Virus record (IMG/VR): IMGVR_UViG_3300023213_000527
Reading direction: 5' to 3' (one strand)
Length of the DNA: 44,243 bases
Source: a virus
A program made the position numbers and the translations under genes. Positions within the stretch are counted from its first letter, which is position 1; each line of letters starts with the position of its first letter. Positions 28,291 to 38,479 of the stretch are shown here, one piece after another. The notes below the pieces were generated by a model. It saw only the letters and a list, made by a program, of their open reading frames with translations, was not told where the DNA came from and did no database searches.

Positions 28291-31200
28291 TTACCACCGA
28301 TATTTGACGAATAAGGGTGAAAAGAAAAGGGTGGAATTATTTAAATACCTTTTGAATCGAATATCCAAAGAAACACTAAAAGCATATCCTTGCCCAGTAA
28401 TAAACTGATCCGAGATGTCAGTACTACTAGCGCCCGCTGTAGTAGTATCAATCGTCATGTAAAGAGTGAATCCAGTAGCATTAGATTGGCCACCAGTAAT
28501 GATGGCAGCATGCAACGGATTGGTTGGAAATTCTAAAGCAACATCATTCAGAATATTGCTATCTGGAGAAGAGGAAACCGCAAAATAGTCTAAATTGGTG
28601 TAACTTGTTGCTGTAGCATATTTATTGAGAAACAAATAGAAATTACTATCAAATCCATTCGCTGGAATTGTCTTAGTTTCTACTGTACTGTTGAAAGAGC
28701 GCATACCCATTTTGATAAGAACAACCCTAACTCCGATTGGTAAATATTTATCCAAATTCTCTTGCCAGCCAAAAAATCGTGGATTAGGAACATCGGAATC
28801 TTGGATGTTTAAAACTTGAGACTTATATCCTAGTCCTAGCCCTGGCGCTGTCGTTAAAAATAAAGTATTGTTATCGAAAGTGGCAAAGCCGAATCCACCA
28901 TATAAAATTAATTGGGAGTTAGTGATTGGAATCGACGCATATCCGGTTTGATTCTTGTTTCTCTCCACTACCCATCGTAGCGAATTAATCACTGGAGTAA
29001 TGTTGAATTTAACTACATTTTCATCCAAAGTGACTGGATTAATGAATGGACTGTCAAAGAAATTATCAACTACCATTCCGCTAGCGCCCGTTCCATCCCA
29101 AGTAGGCACTTCATAGTTAAAGAAGCCAACATAAGAAGTGATGATATTAATTCCTCTAAAAATCTTGTTTTGAGCTACATAATTAAAAACGCCGCTAGTC
29201 AGAATTAAATGTCCAATAGCTCCTCCACCCGCGGGACCACCAGCTCCTTTAAGGATATTTTTAGTAATGGTGTTGGATGATTGACAATAAATATAACCTA
29301 CTGGGTAATTGTAAATGAAACTAACTGCACTTGGTAACATCCAATAACCAGTATTAACGGTGTTGCCAGAAATAATACTAGGCGAATCGCTACCCTCGCC
29401 CGGAGATGCAACATCTGGAATAGAATGTTTATCAGCGCCCACAAAAATAGCGTATCCATATGAGCCAATATTATCAGAACTGGTGCTGTTAGATTGAGTA
29501 TCTCCATAATTGGCTAAATAATTAGCATCATAGGCGCTTAGATTATTGTTGGTAATGTGGAGAGAAGCATCCTCTTCTTGTGAAATTCCAACATGCACCC
29601 AATTAGCACTGTTATTGTCGATAACGACTTTTCCAGATGGGTATCCTACCATATTAGTAGTAGCGCCACCACCTCCACCAAGTAATCTAGCTACCATAAA
29701 GTATTGACCGCGATGATCCACGTTTGTTATGTCATGGCAAGTATTGCCAACAATTAAGAGTTCTGTATTTTTATCGGAAGAGGTATTAACGTTGGGAACA
29801 ATATTAACTACTTTAGTTCCTACGGATACCCAATATCCAATGGTTCCACATACGTTGTTAGCGATGAGAACATTCTGAGTTACTAATCCCGGTAATCTCA
29901 TTCTACTAGAAACTGTTTTCGAAGTAAGCATGATAGATTGGTTTCTATTGCATGCATTGTTAGAGATTTTGGCGTTTAATACAATAGGTTGCGCTAATAA
30001 AGTGTTGGTCGCACTCGCAATGTTAATGATGGACACTGCAGGACGGAGATCATCATGTGCCGTATCGGTGTTAATATGATTAAATTTGCAGTTCGTAATA
30101 GTTAATCCATTCAACACCGATGTTGGATTAGATAACTCCAAATTAATAAAAGAAAACCTATCGCTGGCTACAATAGCTGGATTATAGTTGAAGGTAACAT
30201 TGTCTAAGTAAAGATCATTCAAAGTTGAAGAAACGTTAGAGTAAATATAGCCCTGTCCAGAGTTAATTAAATCAGTAGGATCATATCCAAAATCCAAACC
30301 GATGCCTGGATTATAGGTAGATTGCACTAAACTATTGATCACTCTCATACCTGAAGAAGTATTATTGAAAATAAATCGATTGAAGTTTCCAAAGAATTGA
30401 CTCTCGGAAATACGCACATTCAAACTGTTAGCAATGTCAAATACGTCTCCGGGAGTAACAGAAGGGCCTGATAACCCTCCGGGCACAATGATGAAGGTAA
30501 CAGTAACAGAGTTTCTCTCAAAGTTGAATTTGGAAGTATTGCTAAGATTGAAAACGGCACCGCCACTGATAGCAGAAACATAATTTATTGTGATAGAACA
30601 ATTTCTGATTAGAATAGCATTTCCACTAGTGAAATCAAAGATGATATTACCGGGAGGCGGAGTAGATACTGGAGCAGTATAAACTATTTGACAATTATCA
30701 AAAGTAATATTTTGCGAAGCTGCTTTGACAGCAATACCACCATTAAAATTGATGGTCATATCCTTAAAAATAATATTGGATCCAATGGTAACTAATCCAT
30801 TGAAAGTAAGAACCGCATTATTTTCGCCCTCTATCAATACAGTGTTAGGAAAATCCAACGTCAAAGAAGTGCTTATAATTCCAGAACTAATAGTGGCGCC
30901 CTTAACATCTGCTTTTCCGTTGAAAGCATTGTTATATTTGATCCAGTTGATTATTGCTTGTGGATTCTTAAAGTTGCCCTGAGAGTTACCAGATGTTAGT
31001 TTAAGTGGAAAGTTAGTATCGGCATCGGTGATGTATCTTCTGACATCAGTAATCTGCACTGAAATAGTTTGAGCAATTGAATTAACGGTGGATGCCACGA
31101 TGTAGATTGGAACTAAATCTTTTCTTTTATTGATTACATCAGAGAAAGTGCTGGCGTCCAAGAAATAAGTTTGTCCATTAATTGGATTAAAAACTTTCAT

Positions 31201-34200
31201 TAATCTATCAGGGCTATTAGGAGTCGCTAATGCTGGATCGAAATCCAACAAAGGTATTGGTTGATATTCTCCTTGATCGTTGATACATAGCAACCAGTTA
31301 ATATTATACAAGACGTTGCTGAAAGATTCATTGACCATGGGAATAACCACAGTCTCGTTACCAAGCTGCTTAACTTTTCCATTGACAAGAACCCCGCCGC
31401 CTAATAGATAAATCTGTCCGTTATCTGGATTGGGAGATGCGTCTGATAAATCAAATCCATTAATAACTCCATTAGAATGGAACAATTTTTCTGGAAGTTG
31501 AATAAAATTGATGGCAGAAGAACTAAGATCTTTTTCGCTGGTATTTCCGAATTGTCTCTCATCTCTAACTTGATTAACTGTTAGGGTGACATCGTTGAAT
31601 TGGCAGGTTCCAATTAACATAACTTCATCGTCTAGAGACAAAGTTGGAAATAACTGGAACTCGATCACCTGATTGGTAAATGAAGCCACTGGCGCATTGA
31701 TATCGAATACAATATCGATGTAATCGTTGTTAGTTTCATCCAAAAACCTAACTGTTTGTCCTTTTCTACCAAAAGTAAGCGGGCCCTTTCTGGTGAAATT
31801 GGTTCCGTCGAAAGTTGATAAATATCCATTGAAATCGCCCAATACCCCGTCAAAACTCAAAATGTTGAGAGCAATTTTAGTCACTGAGCTGAATAAATAT
31901 CCTCTCAATTTTGGAGAAACTTTGACGATGTTAAGTTTGGCTAATTCAGAATAAGTGGCTAGTGTGACATTTCCGTTGATAGTGGCGGCGCTGTTACCGA
32001 TGTTGATACGAGCGCGTTCGTGAGTGAATGTCTTTCCGTCCTGATTAACATACACCTCGAAGTGTCTCTTGAATGGGGAAACAACGGAAAAATCAGTGGC
32101 ACTTTCCTTGTTGAAGGAAACGGAATCCGAGTTAAAATAAATAGCTACTTTACTGCCAAGACTCAGAGTAGGTTGAGGAGAAGATCCGGTAGCATGCACC
32201 GAATCATAAACGGTAATATCAGTAGTAGAAGCAGTCCCACCACAGTTAACACAGTTAAACGAAACTGTTTTGATGATGAATCTTCCAAAGTTGAGTAAGG
32301 CTCCCTGTCCTAATGATTGAACTACTAGTGTTTTGCCAGCCTTTAGATTAGAGGTGGAAAGGTCTAATGGAATACGATAGGTAGTTTCTACTCTTCCGGT
32401 AGGAAATGGTCCCGGAAAGATATTTTGATTTTGCAAAGTAGCTACCCAATATCCATCTCCATAGCCATCTAAAGCTTGTCCAATATCCAATGCCAAGCTA
32501 TCTCTTTCAATGCCATTGACATAATAATTGTTTCTCTTGAGAGGAACAAAAATGATAGTTGGAACTTGAGAGGCTTGTGGTGATCCATAAGAAGTCAAAA
32601 AGGGTGGGCTAGCAATGTTACCACCAAAGGGACCAAATCCAAGTGGATCGGGAGCCACTAAGTTAGCGCCCACTGGAAAAATTCCAACCACGTTATTAGG
32701 AAATTGAAGGTTAGTGGCATTCTGATCAAAAGCGCCATTAGGCGTGACCACTGCACTCAATACGGAGAAAGAGGCGTTGTTATATGGTTCAGCTAGCATA
32801 ATGCCGAATTCTCCCTGATAAGAGAAGGCAATAAATCGGTAATTGAATCCAACAGTTCGAAGAGCGTTATTGGTTGCTTCTACCACAGTATCGATAGTAT
32901 ATTTTCCGGGAGTAGTACCACGGTTTCCGGTAACATCAATGCCGGGCAAAATAAAGTAACCATCCTGAGGCGATCCATCTGGATACAACGCCAAATATAA
33001 CAAATAATGAGAGGCGTCTAAATGGTCTGCGTTAAAACCAACACCAATAGCTTGGGCACCACGAGGCTGACCAATAATTAAACTTGGAATTTCAGAAAAA
33101 GCGTTATTAGCGGGAGCAATAGCTAGAACACCTTGTTTTTTATTGTTGAATAATGGACGATCAATTCTAGCAGAAGCATTACGCGAACTAAATGGGTTTT
33201 TCCCAGCAATCCTCACAACATATTTCTTATTACCGCCACTTTGGATGTATTTTTTCTCTTTGATAACAAAAGCTAGCAGTTGTGATCCATAATTGATTCT
33301 AATGATGTCACCAATTTTAACCAAAGCAAATTTCTCATCAAAAACGTTGGAAGCTATATCCGCAGCTGCTGGCATGAACTCTACAATATCATCACCAGCG
33401 TTAATGTCATCGAATGGGCTTGTATTATAGCCATCGTTCAATAAATGAGCGAATGCAGGGGTTGGTGGAATGATAGGTTGTCCATAGCCATCTGCAGCGA
33501 GAGATGAAGACCGAGAAACCCGAGAAATGCCATTAGTATAAAGATTCTGAATGCGAGTTCCAAATAGGAAAATGCTAGCACTATCAATGAAGGTAGCAAA
33601 TGCTTGCAAATCCTGAACGTTTTGTGGAATTACCTGAAAACGGGCACTATTTAGAAAAATACCGCTAGCGAGATGTCCGTAGTTAGAAGGATATACTGAT
33701 CCGTTGTTAGTAGTAACTGAGCTAATAATACCGAACGGAGAACCATCAGCGAACTGGTGAGCCAATAACTCATTGTTCATATCATTGACAGCGGAGAAAG
33801 CGCTGGTCGGATCTCTTAACAAACCGAATTTGTTCTTGATGAGTTTGCTAGGATCGCTAATCTCATCAATTCCATCTAAAGCATGGCGATAAATAGCGCC
33901 GATTAAATGCGGTTCTAATTTAGAACCACTAACTGAAATCCAGCCCAAAGCCACATTAACGTTATTAGACAAATCTCGAATATAGTTAAAAAGATCCTGA
34001 GTTCGATGATCCAACATTAACTTGGATTCTGGAATCCCAGCATTAGCGGCAATTTGACCTTGAGTAATGGGAAGGGTAACCAAACCAAGACTGGTCAGAG
34101 CAGATGCTTTAATGTTTCCAGCAGCATCCAAAGCAACGCCCAAACGCAGCGCTAAGGAAGTAGCTGATCCTGCGATATTAGTGCCGAGTGCGTTTTCAAT

Positions 34201-34314
34201 AGCAAAAGTGGCATCGCGCAAACTATTGATAGCAATATCCCCTATCTCCGTGAGATTGGAATTTATAGGCGGAAGATCCGTATCCGTATCAATGTTAGTA
34301 GGAAATTGGGTCAT
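28291..34314 (-). CDS. Large virion protein with parallel beta-helix C-terminal half (fibre/spike/collar-like)
   Basis: 2007 aa; N-terminal FPTNIDT...INSLRDATFAIENALG, many (I)xxN-x-C/ITNCKF beta-helix repeats. Confidence 0.65.
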   Translation of the reverse strand: MTQFPTNIDTDTDLPPINSNLTEIGDIAINSLRDATFAIENALGTNIAGSATSLALRLGVALDAAGNIKASALTSLGLVTLPITQGQIAANAGIPESKLMLDHRTQDLFNYIRDLSNNVNVALGWISVSGSKLEPHLIGAIYRHALDGIDEISDPSKLIKNKFGLLRDPTSAFSAVNDMNNELLAHQFADGSPFGIISSVTTNNGSVYPSNYGHLASGIFLNSARFQVIPQNVQDLQAFATFIDSASIFLFGTRIQNLYTNGISRVSRSSSLAADGYGQPIIPPTPAFAHLLNDGYNTSPFDDINAGDDIVEFMPAAADIASNVFDEKFALVKIGDIIRINYGSQLLAFVIKEKKYIQSGGNKKYVVRIAGKNPFSSRNASARIDRPLFNNKKQGVLAIAPANNAFSEIPSLIIGQPRGAQAIGVGFNADHLDASHYLLYLALYPDGSPQDGYFILPGIDVTGNRGTTPGKYTIDTVVEATNNALRTVGFNYRFIAFSYQGEFGIMLAEPYNNASFSVLSAVVTPNGAFDQNATNLQFPNNVVGIFPVGANLVAPDPLGFGPFGGNIASPPFLTSYGSPQASQVPTIIFVPLKRNNYYVNGIERDSLALDIGQALDGYGDGYWVATLQNQNIFPGPFPTGRVETTYRIPLDLSTSNLKAGKTLVVQSLGQGALLNFGRFIIKTVSFNCVNCGGTASTTDITVYDSVHATGSSPQPTLSLGSKVAIYFNSDSVSFNKESATDFSVVSPFKRHFEVYVNQDGKTFTHERARINIGNSAATINGNVTLATYSELAKLNIVKVSPKLRGYLFSSVTKIALNILSFDGVLGDFNGYLSTFDGTNFTRKGPLTFGRKGQTVRFLDETNNDYIDIVFDINAPVASFTNQVIEFQLFPTLSLDDEVMLIGTCQFNDVTLTVNQVRDERQFGNTSEKDLSSSAINFIQLPEKLFHSNGVINGFDLSDASPNPDNGQIYLLGGGVLVNGKVKQLGNETVVIPMVNESFSNVLYNINWLLCINDQGEYQPIPLLDFDPALATPNSPDRLMKVFNPINGQTYFLDASTFSDVINKRKDLVPIYIVASTVNSIAQTISVQITDVRRYITDADTNFPLKLTSGNSQGNFKNPQAIINWIKYNNAFNGKADVKGATISSGIISTSLTLDFPNTVLIEGENNAVLTFNGLVTIGSNIIFKDMTINFNGGIAVKAASQNITFDNCQIVYTAPVSTPPPGNIIFDFTSGNAILIRNCSITINYVSAISGGAVFNLSNTSKFNFERNSVTVTFIIVPGGLSGPSVTPGDVFDIANSLNVRISESQFFGNFNRFIFNNTSSGMRVINSLVQSTYNPGIGLDFGYDPTDLINSGQGYIYSNVSSTLNDLYLDNVTFNYNPAIVASDRFSFINLELSNPTSVLNGLTITNCKFNHINTDTAHDDLRPAVSIINIASATNTLLAQPIVLNAKISNNACNRNQSIMLTSKTVSSRMRLPGLVTQNVLIANNVCGTIGYWVSVGTKVVNIVPNVNTSSDKNTELLIVGNTCHDITNVDHRGQYFMVARLLGGGGGATTNMVGYPSGKVVIDNNSANWVHVGISQEEDASLHITNNNLSAYDANYLANYGDTQSNSTSSDNIGSYGYAIFVGADKHSIPDVASPGEGSDSPSIISGNTVNTGYWMLPSAVSFIYNYPVGYIYCQSSNTITKNILKGAGGPAGGGAIGHLILTSGVFNYVAQNKIFRGINIITSYVGFFNYEVPTWDGTGASGMVVDNFFDSPFINPVTLDENVVKFNITPVINSLRWVVERNKNQTGYASIPITNSQLILYGGFGFATFDNNTLFLTTAPGLGLGYKSQVLNIQDSDVPNPRFFGWQENLDKYLPIGVRVVLIKMGMRSFNSTVETKTIPANGFDSNFYLFLNKYATATSYTNLDYFAVSSSPDSNILNDVALEFPTNPLHAAIITGGQSNATGFTLYMTIDTTTAGASSTDISDQFITGQGYAFSVSLDIRFKRYLNNSTLFFSPLFVKYRW

Positions 34315-34338
34315 GTTTTAGTTCCATATCCCGCCAAA

Positions 34339-34746
34339 TTATACCTGCGAGTTATTGGGAGGAGACGGTTTGTCAGATGAGGGTGATTTGGGAGAAGTGA
34401 TGGAAGAAATAGCACTGACGATTTTATCTCCAAGTAATGCCTTAATTACTCGATATATTAAAGTAGAAAGTAATCCTGCTACTAATCCAAAAACAAATCG
34501 CCCACTTGTGGTAGTCAATCCATCTGGATATGGAAACATGGTAAGTGCTGCGGCTCCTCCTGCGCCCAAAAAAACAGGAAGAATTGGTAACAATAAATCG
34601 GTCCAAAGCTTGGATTCTTTGGCAAAAATCTTATACGTGTCCATCAAAAATTCAACAATCTTGCGGATCACGAAGATCACGGCAGCGATTCCCAAACTAA
34701 AAAAAACAAATTGCCAGCTTAAAAGCGTTTGTAGAAGCGGATCCAT
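34339..34746 (-). CDS. Holin-like small membrane protein
   Basis: 135 aa, three hydrophobic helices, polar tail, AAGGAG RBS. Confidence 0.5.
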   Translation of the reverse strand: MDPLLQTLLSWQFVFFSLGIAAVIFVIRKIVEFLMDTYKIFAKESKLWTDLLLPILPVFLGAGGAAALTMFPYPDGLTTTSGRFVFGLVAGLLSTLIYRVIKALLGDKIVSAISSITSPKSPSSDKPSPPNNSQV

Positions 34747-34795
34747 AGAAACTCCTTGCGAGACTATGCAAAAAAAGTGGCATATTCCTGCCTAA

Positions 34796-36061
34796 TTAGC
34801 AGTTGGATACGTCAAACCCAATTGCACTACTTGAGCTTCCGGCATAACAATATCCATCGGAATTATAGGTAGCCATAACGGTCCATGTGCCAGAAGAGGG
34901 GAATGTATTGGGTGGCGCAGCAAATGCGCTTACATCGGCACTCGCATTTATCGTTGTACCTGCCACTCCACCAGTGCAACCAGTAAATGAAGTTGGAGTA
35001 ATACCAGTATAAGTAATAAGTTGAGTTACAGTACTGGTAACAACGTAAAATGTTCCGGATGCAAAAAATCCGGTTGTTGAAGCAACATTAATTGTTGATG
35101 CCGGTAATGATTGAGAGCCGCTAGATGGTGTAGTTGTATGTGGCACCACCCCACTACTAATGTAAGATGATCCTAAGTTAATAGATAAAGGAGTGGTGGC
35201 TGTAAATGTTACTGAACCTACTGAAGGATTTGATATTAGAGCGCTCGAAACAGTAGTAAAGAATATCATGTATTGAGATTTACAATGAGATTGAGAAGCC
35301 GGTCTGGTGGGCGCACTGGTAGTAGTAGTTGCTAATCGAAGTGCAGTTATTGGTGTCCCGGCTGTTCCACCGGGAGTGGCACTTTCAGCAAAACAAGCAT
35401 CTCCCAAATAGATAGCTTGTAGAAAATATCCATCAGGCAACACAGTGTTAGCTGGAAGCATGGAATTAGCAATACCACTTGAAACGGCGCTCAAAGGTAA
35501 ATCAACAATTTTAGTGCCGATGCTTCCATATATCCTGAACAATACATATCCATCAGGTATCGGACTACCTGCATTATTAGTTACCGTAGCAGAAACCGGA
35601 AAATTTTGGGCATAACAAAAATTACTTCCTTGAGGCAAGTTAATACTAATGTTGCTGGTTGCTAATTCAATGTTATATGGAGTGATCGGAGATTGACTCG
35701 CTCCAAAAGCACGAAGAACATTTCCCGAAGTATCAAAATCCATTACAGTTTGGAGAACAAAGGGACATGAATAAAAGGCAACAAATTCGCCGGGACGATT
35801 ATTTAAGACGGCTAAAATGGTAGCGGTGCTTCTACCGGGCGCAATCGAAGTTAATTGGGTGCATGGCAAAGTATATCCATCAAACAAATCTTGAATAACT
35901 ACATAGCCATCAGGAGAAATATATCCATCAACTTCTACGGTAAAGGCAATTAAACTTTTACAAGTAGCTGTTCCATTAGGAGGGCTAATATTAGTGATGG
36001 TAGTGGTAGTAGGATAAACATTGATCCTAGGCATTAGCATCATTCCGCGCCCAATTGACAT
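34796..36061 (-). CDS. Ig-like (Big_3-type) repeat virion protein
   Basis: Ser/Thr-rich beta repeats with GxVxF and AxYxGD motifs; six DGY motifs. Confidence 0.6.
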   Translation of the reverse strand: MSIGRGMMLMPRINVYPTTTTITNISPPNGTATCKSLIAFTVEVDGYISPDGYVVIQDLFDGYTLPCTQLTSIAPGRSTATILAVLNNRPGEFVAFYSCPFVLQTVMDFDTSGNVLRAFGASQSPITPYNIELATSNISINLPQGSNFCYAQNFPVSATVTNNAGSPIPDGYVLFRIYGSIGTKIVDLPLSAVSSGIANSMLPANTVLPDGYFLQAIYLGDACFAESATPGGTAGTPITALRLATTTTSAPTRPASQSHCKSQYMIFFTTVSSALISNPSVGSVTFTATTPLSINLGSSYISSGVVPHTTTPSSGSQSLPASTINVASTTGFFASGTFYVVTSTVTQLITYTGITPTSFTGCTGGVAGTTINASADVSAFAAPPNTFPSSGTWTVMATYNSDGYCYAGSSSSAIGFDVSNC

Positions 36062-37446
36062 TAGGCTCCTGAATTGCTAACAATGCTAACTTGAGTAACT
36101 GAAAACCAACTAATAGTATTAGCTCCTCTGCCACTCAAAACGGACACAGACGTGCCAGATCCAGTCAAAACAATAGTAGGTATTGGCCAAATTCCAGCAC
36201 CGGGGGTGAATCTAGGATCGGAAGAAGTTGGAGTTGAGCTTCCAACGCTAGTAGCCGGACTGCTTCCAGCATTTCTAGTAAATCCAATGGTGAAATTGAA
36301 TTGAGCAGCATCATTAGTAGTGATGTCTTTGCCTTGTATAATAACATCTATTCTCGTAGTGGCATTATCGCTCAAAGCAAAAGATCGCATCGTGACCGAA
36401 GTCATTGGAGGGGATTGCGCAAAATCACGATAGGTAATTGTTTGTTGTCCATTAGTTCCCCAAACGCTTGGATTAGGGACGGAACCTACCGCAAACTGAG
36501 TTCCATTGGATTGCTGAACCCACAACTGTCCCCCATTAGAAAACACAACGGTGCCATTATTAGGAGGAGTAACCGGTATGGTTCCAAAAGATCCATAACC
36601 ATCATTAAAAAGCACATCTCGAATATAGATAACACGATCTCCAGACCCAGATGGCATATCCGTCGATGTTACGTTGCCCGATCCAACTAATGATAAAATT
36701 CGTTGTCCAGGAAGGACTTCATTAAGTTGCACCAAAGTATAACCATCTAATTGAAGCTTAGCACCACCTCTTACTGCGCCTAAACCACTGACACGTGTTC
36801 CACCAGAAAGAACTACGTTACCACCATTACCTCCCGAAAGGCTGGAAGCTTGGGCTCGAATGGTAAAATCAATGCCATTTCCAGATGAATTAGTTGTTTG
36901 AGTTAATAATGGAACTGTTCCAAGTCCAAAGTTGATAGTGTTGCAAACAGCACTCACAACTCCGGATGTTCCAGTAAGACCAATAACACGTTGCAAAACG
37001 TTGGTTCCAGATAAGTCTCCATTAGCAGAAAAAGCATTAAGCGAAGGAGATGGTCCCCAAGCACTTCCATTCCAAGTAAGAACATCATTCAGATTAGGAA
37101 CTAATGTGTTAATGGGCTTGCCTTGAATTTGAGTCACCACTACGTTAGTAGCGACTCCTCCGATGTCTCCGGCCAATTGAACAATGCCCAAGCTAGAAGT
37201 AGTGGCATTTGGAACAGGTGGAGGATTTATTAGATTAGATAAAGCATTCAAAGCACCTTGAACAGTAGTTTGAAGACCATATCCATCAAAAACTAATGCT
37301 GGAAAAAGATCAATATGAGTTGCGTTATGACGAAATGCCTTTCCCTCAATATGAAGCTCAAAATCATAGCGATCCGTTGCCAGACGGCCAGGGTTGCTGA
37401 CTGGATTATAGGTAGGAGCGGGCAGAATGGGAGGAGGATTAGTCAT
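36061..37446 (-). CDS. Tail fibre-like virion protein
   Basis: ATTSSLGIVQLAGDIGG, NDVLTWNGSAWGP, GDLSG, GGNGGNVVLSGG fibre-type repeats. Confidence 0.65.
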   Translation of the reverse strand: MTNPPPILPAPTYNPVSNPGRLATDRYDFELHIEGKAFRHNATHIDLFPALVFDGYGLQTTVQGALNALSNLINPPPVPNATTSSLGIVQLAGDIGGVATNVVVTQIQGKPINTLVPNLNDVLTWNGSAWGPSPSLNAFSANGDLSGTNVLQRVIGLTGTSGVVSAVCNTINFGLGTVPLLTQTTNSSGNGIDFTIRAQASSLSGGNGGNVVLSGGTRVSGLGAVRGGAKLQLDGYTLVQLNEVLPGQRILSLVGSGNVTSTDMPSGSGDRVIYIRDVLFNDGYGSFGTIPVTPPNNGTVVFSNGGQLWVQQSNGTQFAVGSVPNPSVWGTNGQQTITYRDFAQSPPMTSVTMRSFALSDNATTRIDVIIQGKDITTNDAAQFNFTIGFTRNAGSSPATSVGSSTPTSSDPRFTPGAGIWPIPTIVLTGSGTSVSVLSGRGANTISWFSVTQVSIVSNSGA

Positions 37447-37468
37447 TCAAATCTCGATTGTTCAGATA

Positions 37469-38449
37469 TTATACGGGTTTATTCGCTTTTGATTTTCGTT
37501 GATGCATTTTGATAACAGCCTCAATGCGCACAAAAGGCAAATCCATTTTTTCTGCAATCTTCTTGTATGTATGCTCTTTGCTGCTATGCAGCTTTATAAT
37601 TGTGTCTTTTTGTTCTTGTGTTAGATATTTGCTTTTGTTTTGTTTCACTTCGTTCCAATAACGCAATATATACCGTATAGTCTTTTCTTCTATGTCAAAT
37701 TTATCTGCCAAGTCACGCTTCAAAAAATTTCCAGTAGCGTAGAGTAATACAATTTGATCCCTTTGTTCATCAGTTAATTCTCGGCTAAGATTTTGTTGAA
37801 CGGCTATTTTGAGTTTTTCTTTTGTTTCATTAGAGATAGGATGAGGCGCACTTGGGTTTTGTTGTTTGGTGACTGATATTTTCTTGCCACGTGCAATTCT
37901 TTTTTCAGGTGCTTCAATTCTACCATACATACCATTGTTTTGTCCAGAATTGGCAATAGAAATCTTTTCCTTCGCTTCATCAGTATGTTTCCTGCCAGTA
38001 TTGGCGGCAACGATTGCCTTTTTATGTTCTTCCGTTAGTTTTCTTCCAATGCATGGATGAGGGTGCGTTTTCCAAAATTTTCGCATGTATTCTGAATTTT
38101 TACGTTTTTCTTCATCGGTTTTTATTATACCAGATGGGCCCTCTCCGCCACTGGTAAGATTATACCCCAATTTTCTATTGTTTGATTGATAAATTCGTAT
38201 CCAATTTTTTTCTCTAATGAACGCTTCTTCTTCGGTCTCACAATGCTCGATAACATCAAAAGAAAAATTCTTTTTCCCATACTTTTTGAGAGCAGCATGA
38301 ATATAATGGAACCCATCATAATTTTCGCCATACTCAACGATATACCAATGTCTATTCCATCGCGTCTCTGGATCATTAGCTTTACCAATGTAAATCTTGC
38401 CATTAATATTATTAATTATTTTATACACATGCGATTTGCTCATGACCAT
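37469..38449 (-). CDS. GIY-YIG homing endonuclease (Seg-like) with NUMOD3 and HTH repeats
   Basis: HVYKIINNINGKIYIG, R, E and GYNLTSGGEG motifs; GRKHTDEAKEKIS repeats. Confidence 0.9.
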   Translation of the reverse strand: MVMSKSHVYKIINNINGKIYIGKANDPETRWNRHWYIVEYGENYDGFHYIHAALKKYGKKNFSFDVIEHCETEEEAFIREKNWIRIYQSNNRKLGYNLTSGGEGPSGIIKTDEEKRKNSEYMRKFWKTHPHPCIGRKLTEEHKKAIVAANTGRKHTDEAKEKISIANSGQNNGMYGRIEAPEKRIARGKKISVTKQQNPSAPHPISNETKEKLKIAVQQNLSRELTDEQRDQIVLLYATGNFLKRDLADKFDIEEKTIRYILRYWNEVKQNKSKYLTQEQKDTIIKLHSSKEHTYKKIAEKMDLPFVRIEAVIKMHQRKSKANKPV

Positions 38450-38479
38450 ATGTCATAATATGTATATGAGGGACGATAT

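Noticed and set aside
34770-34793. Intrinsic terminator GGCA-GGAATA-TGCC-AC-T7 on the minus strand
   Set aside because: Only a 4-bp stem and it overlaps the promoter-like motif; too weak to call
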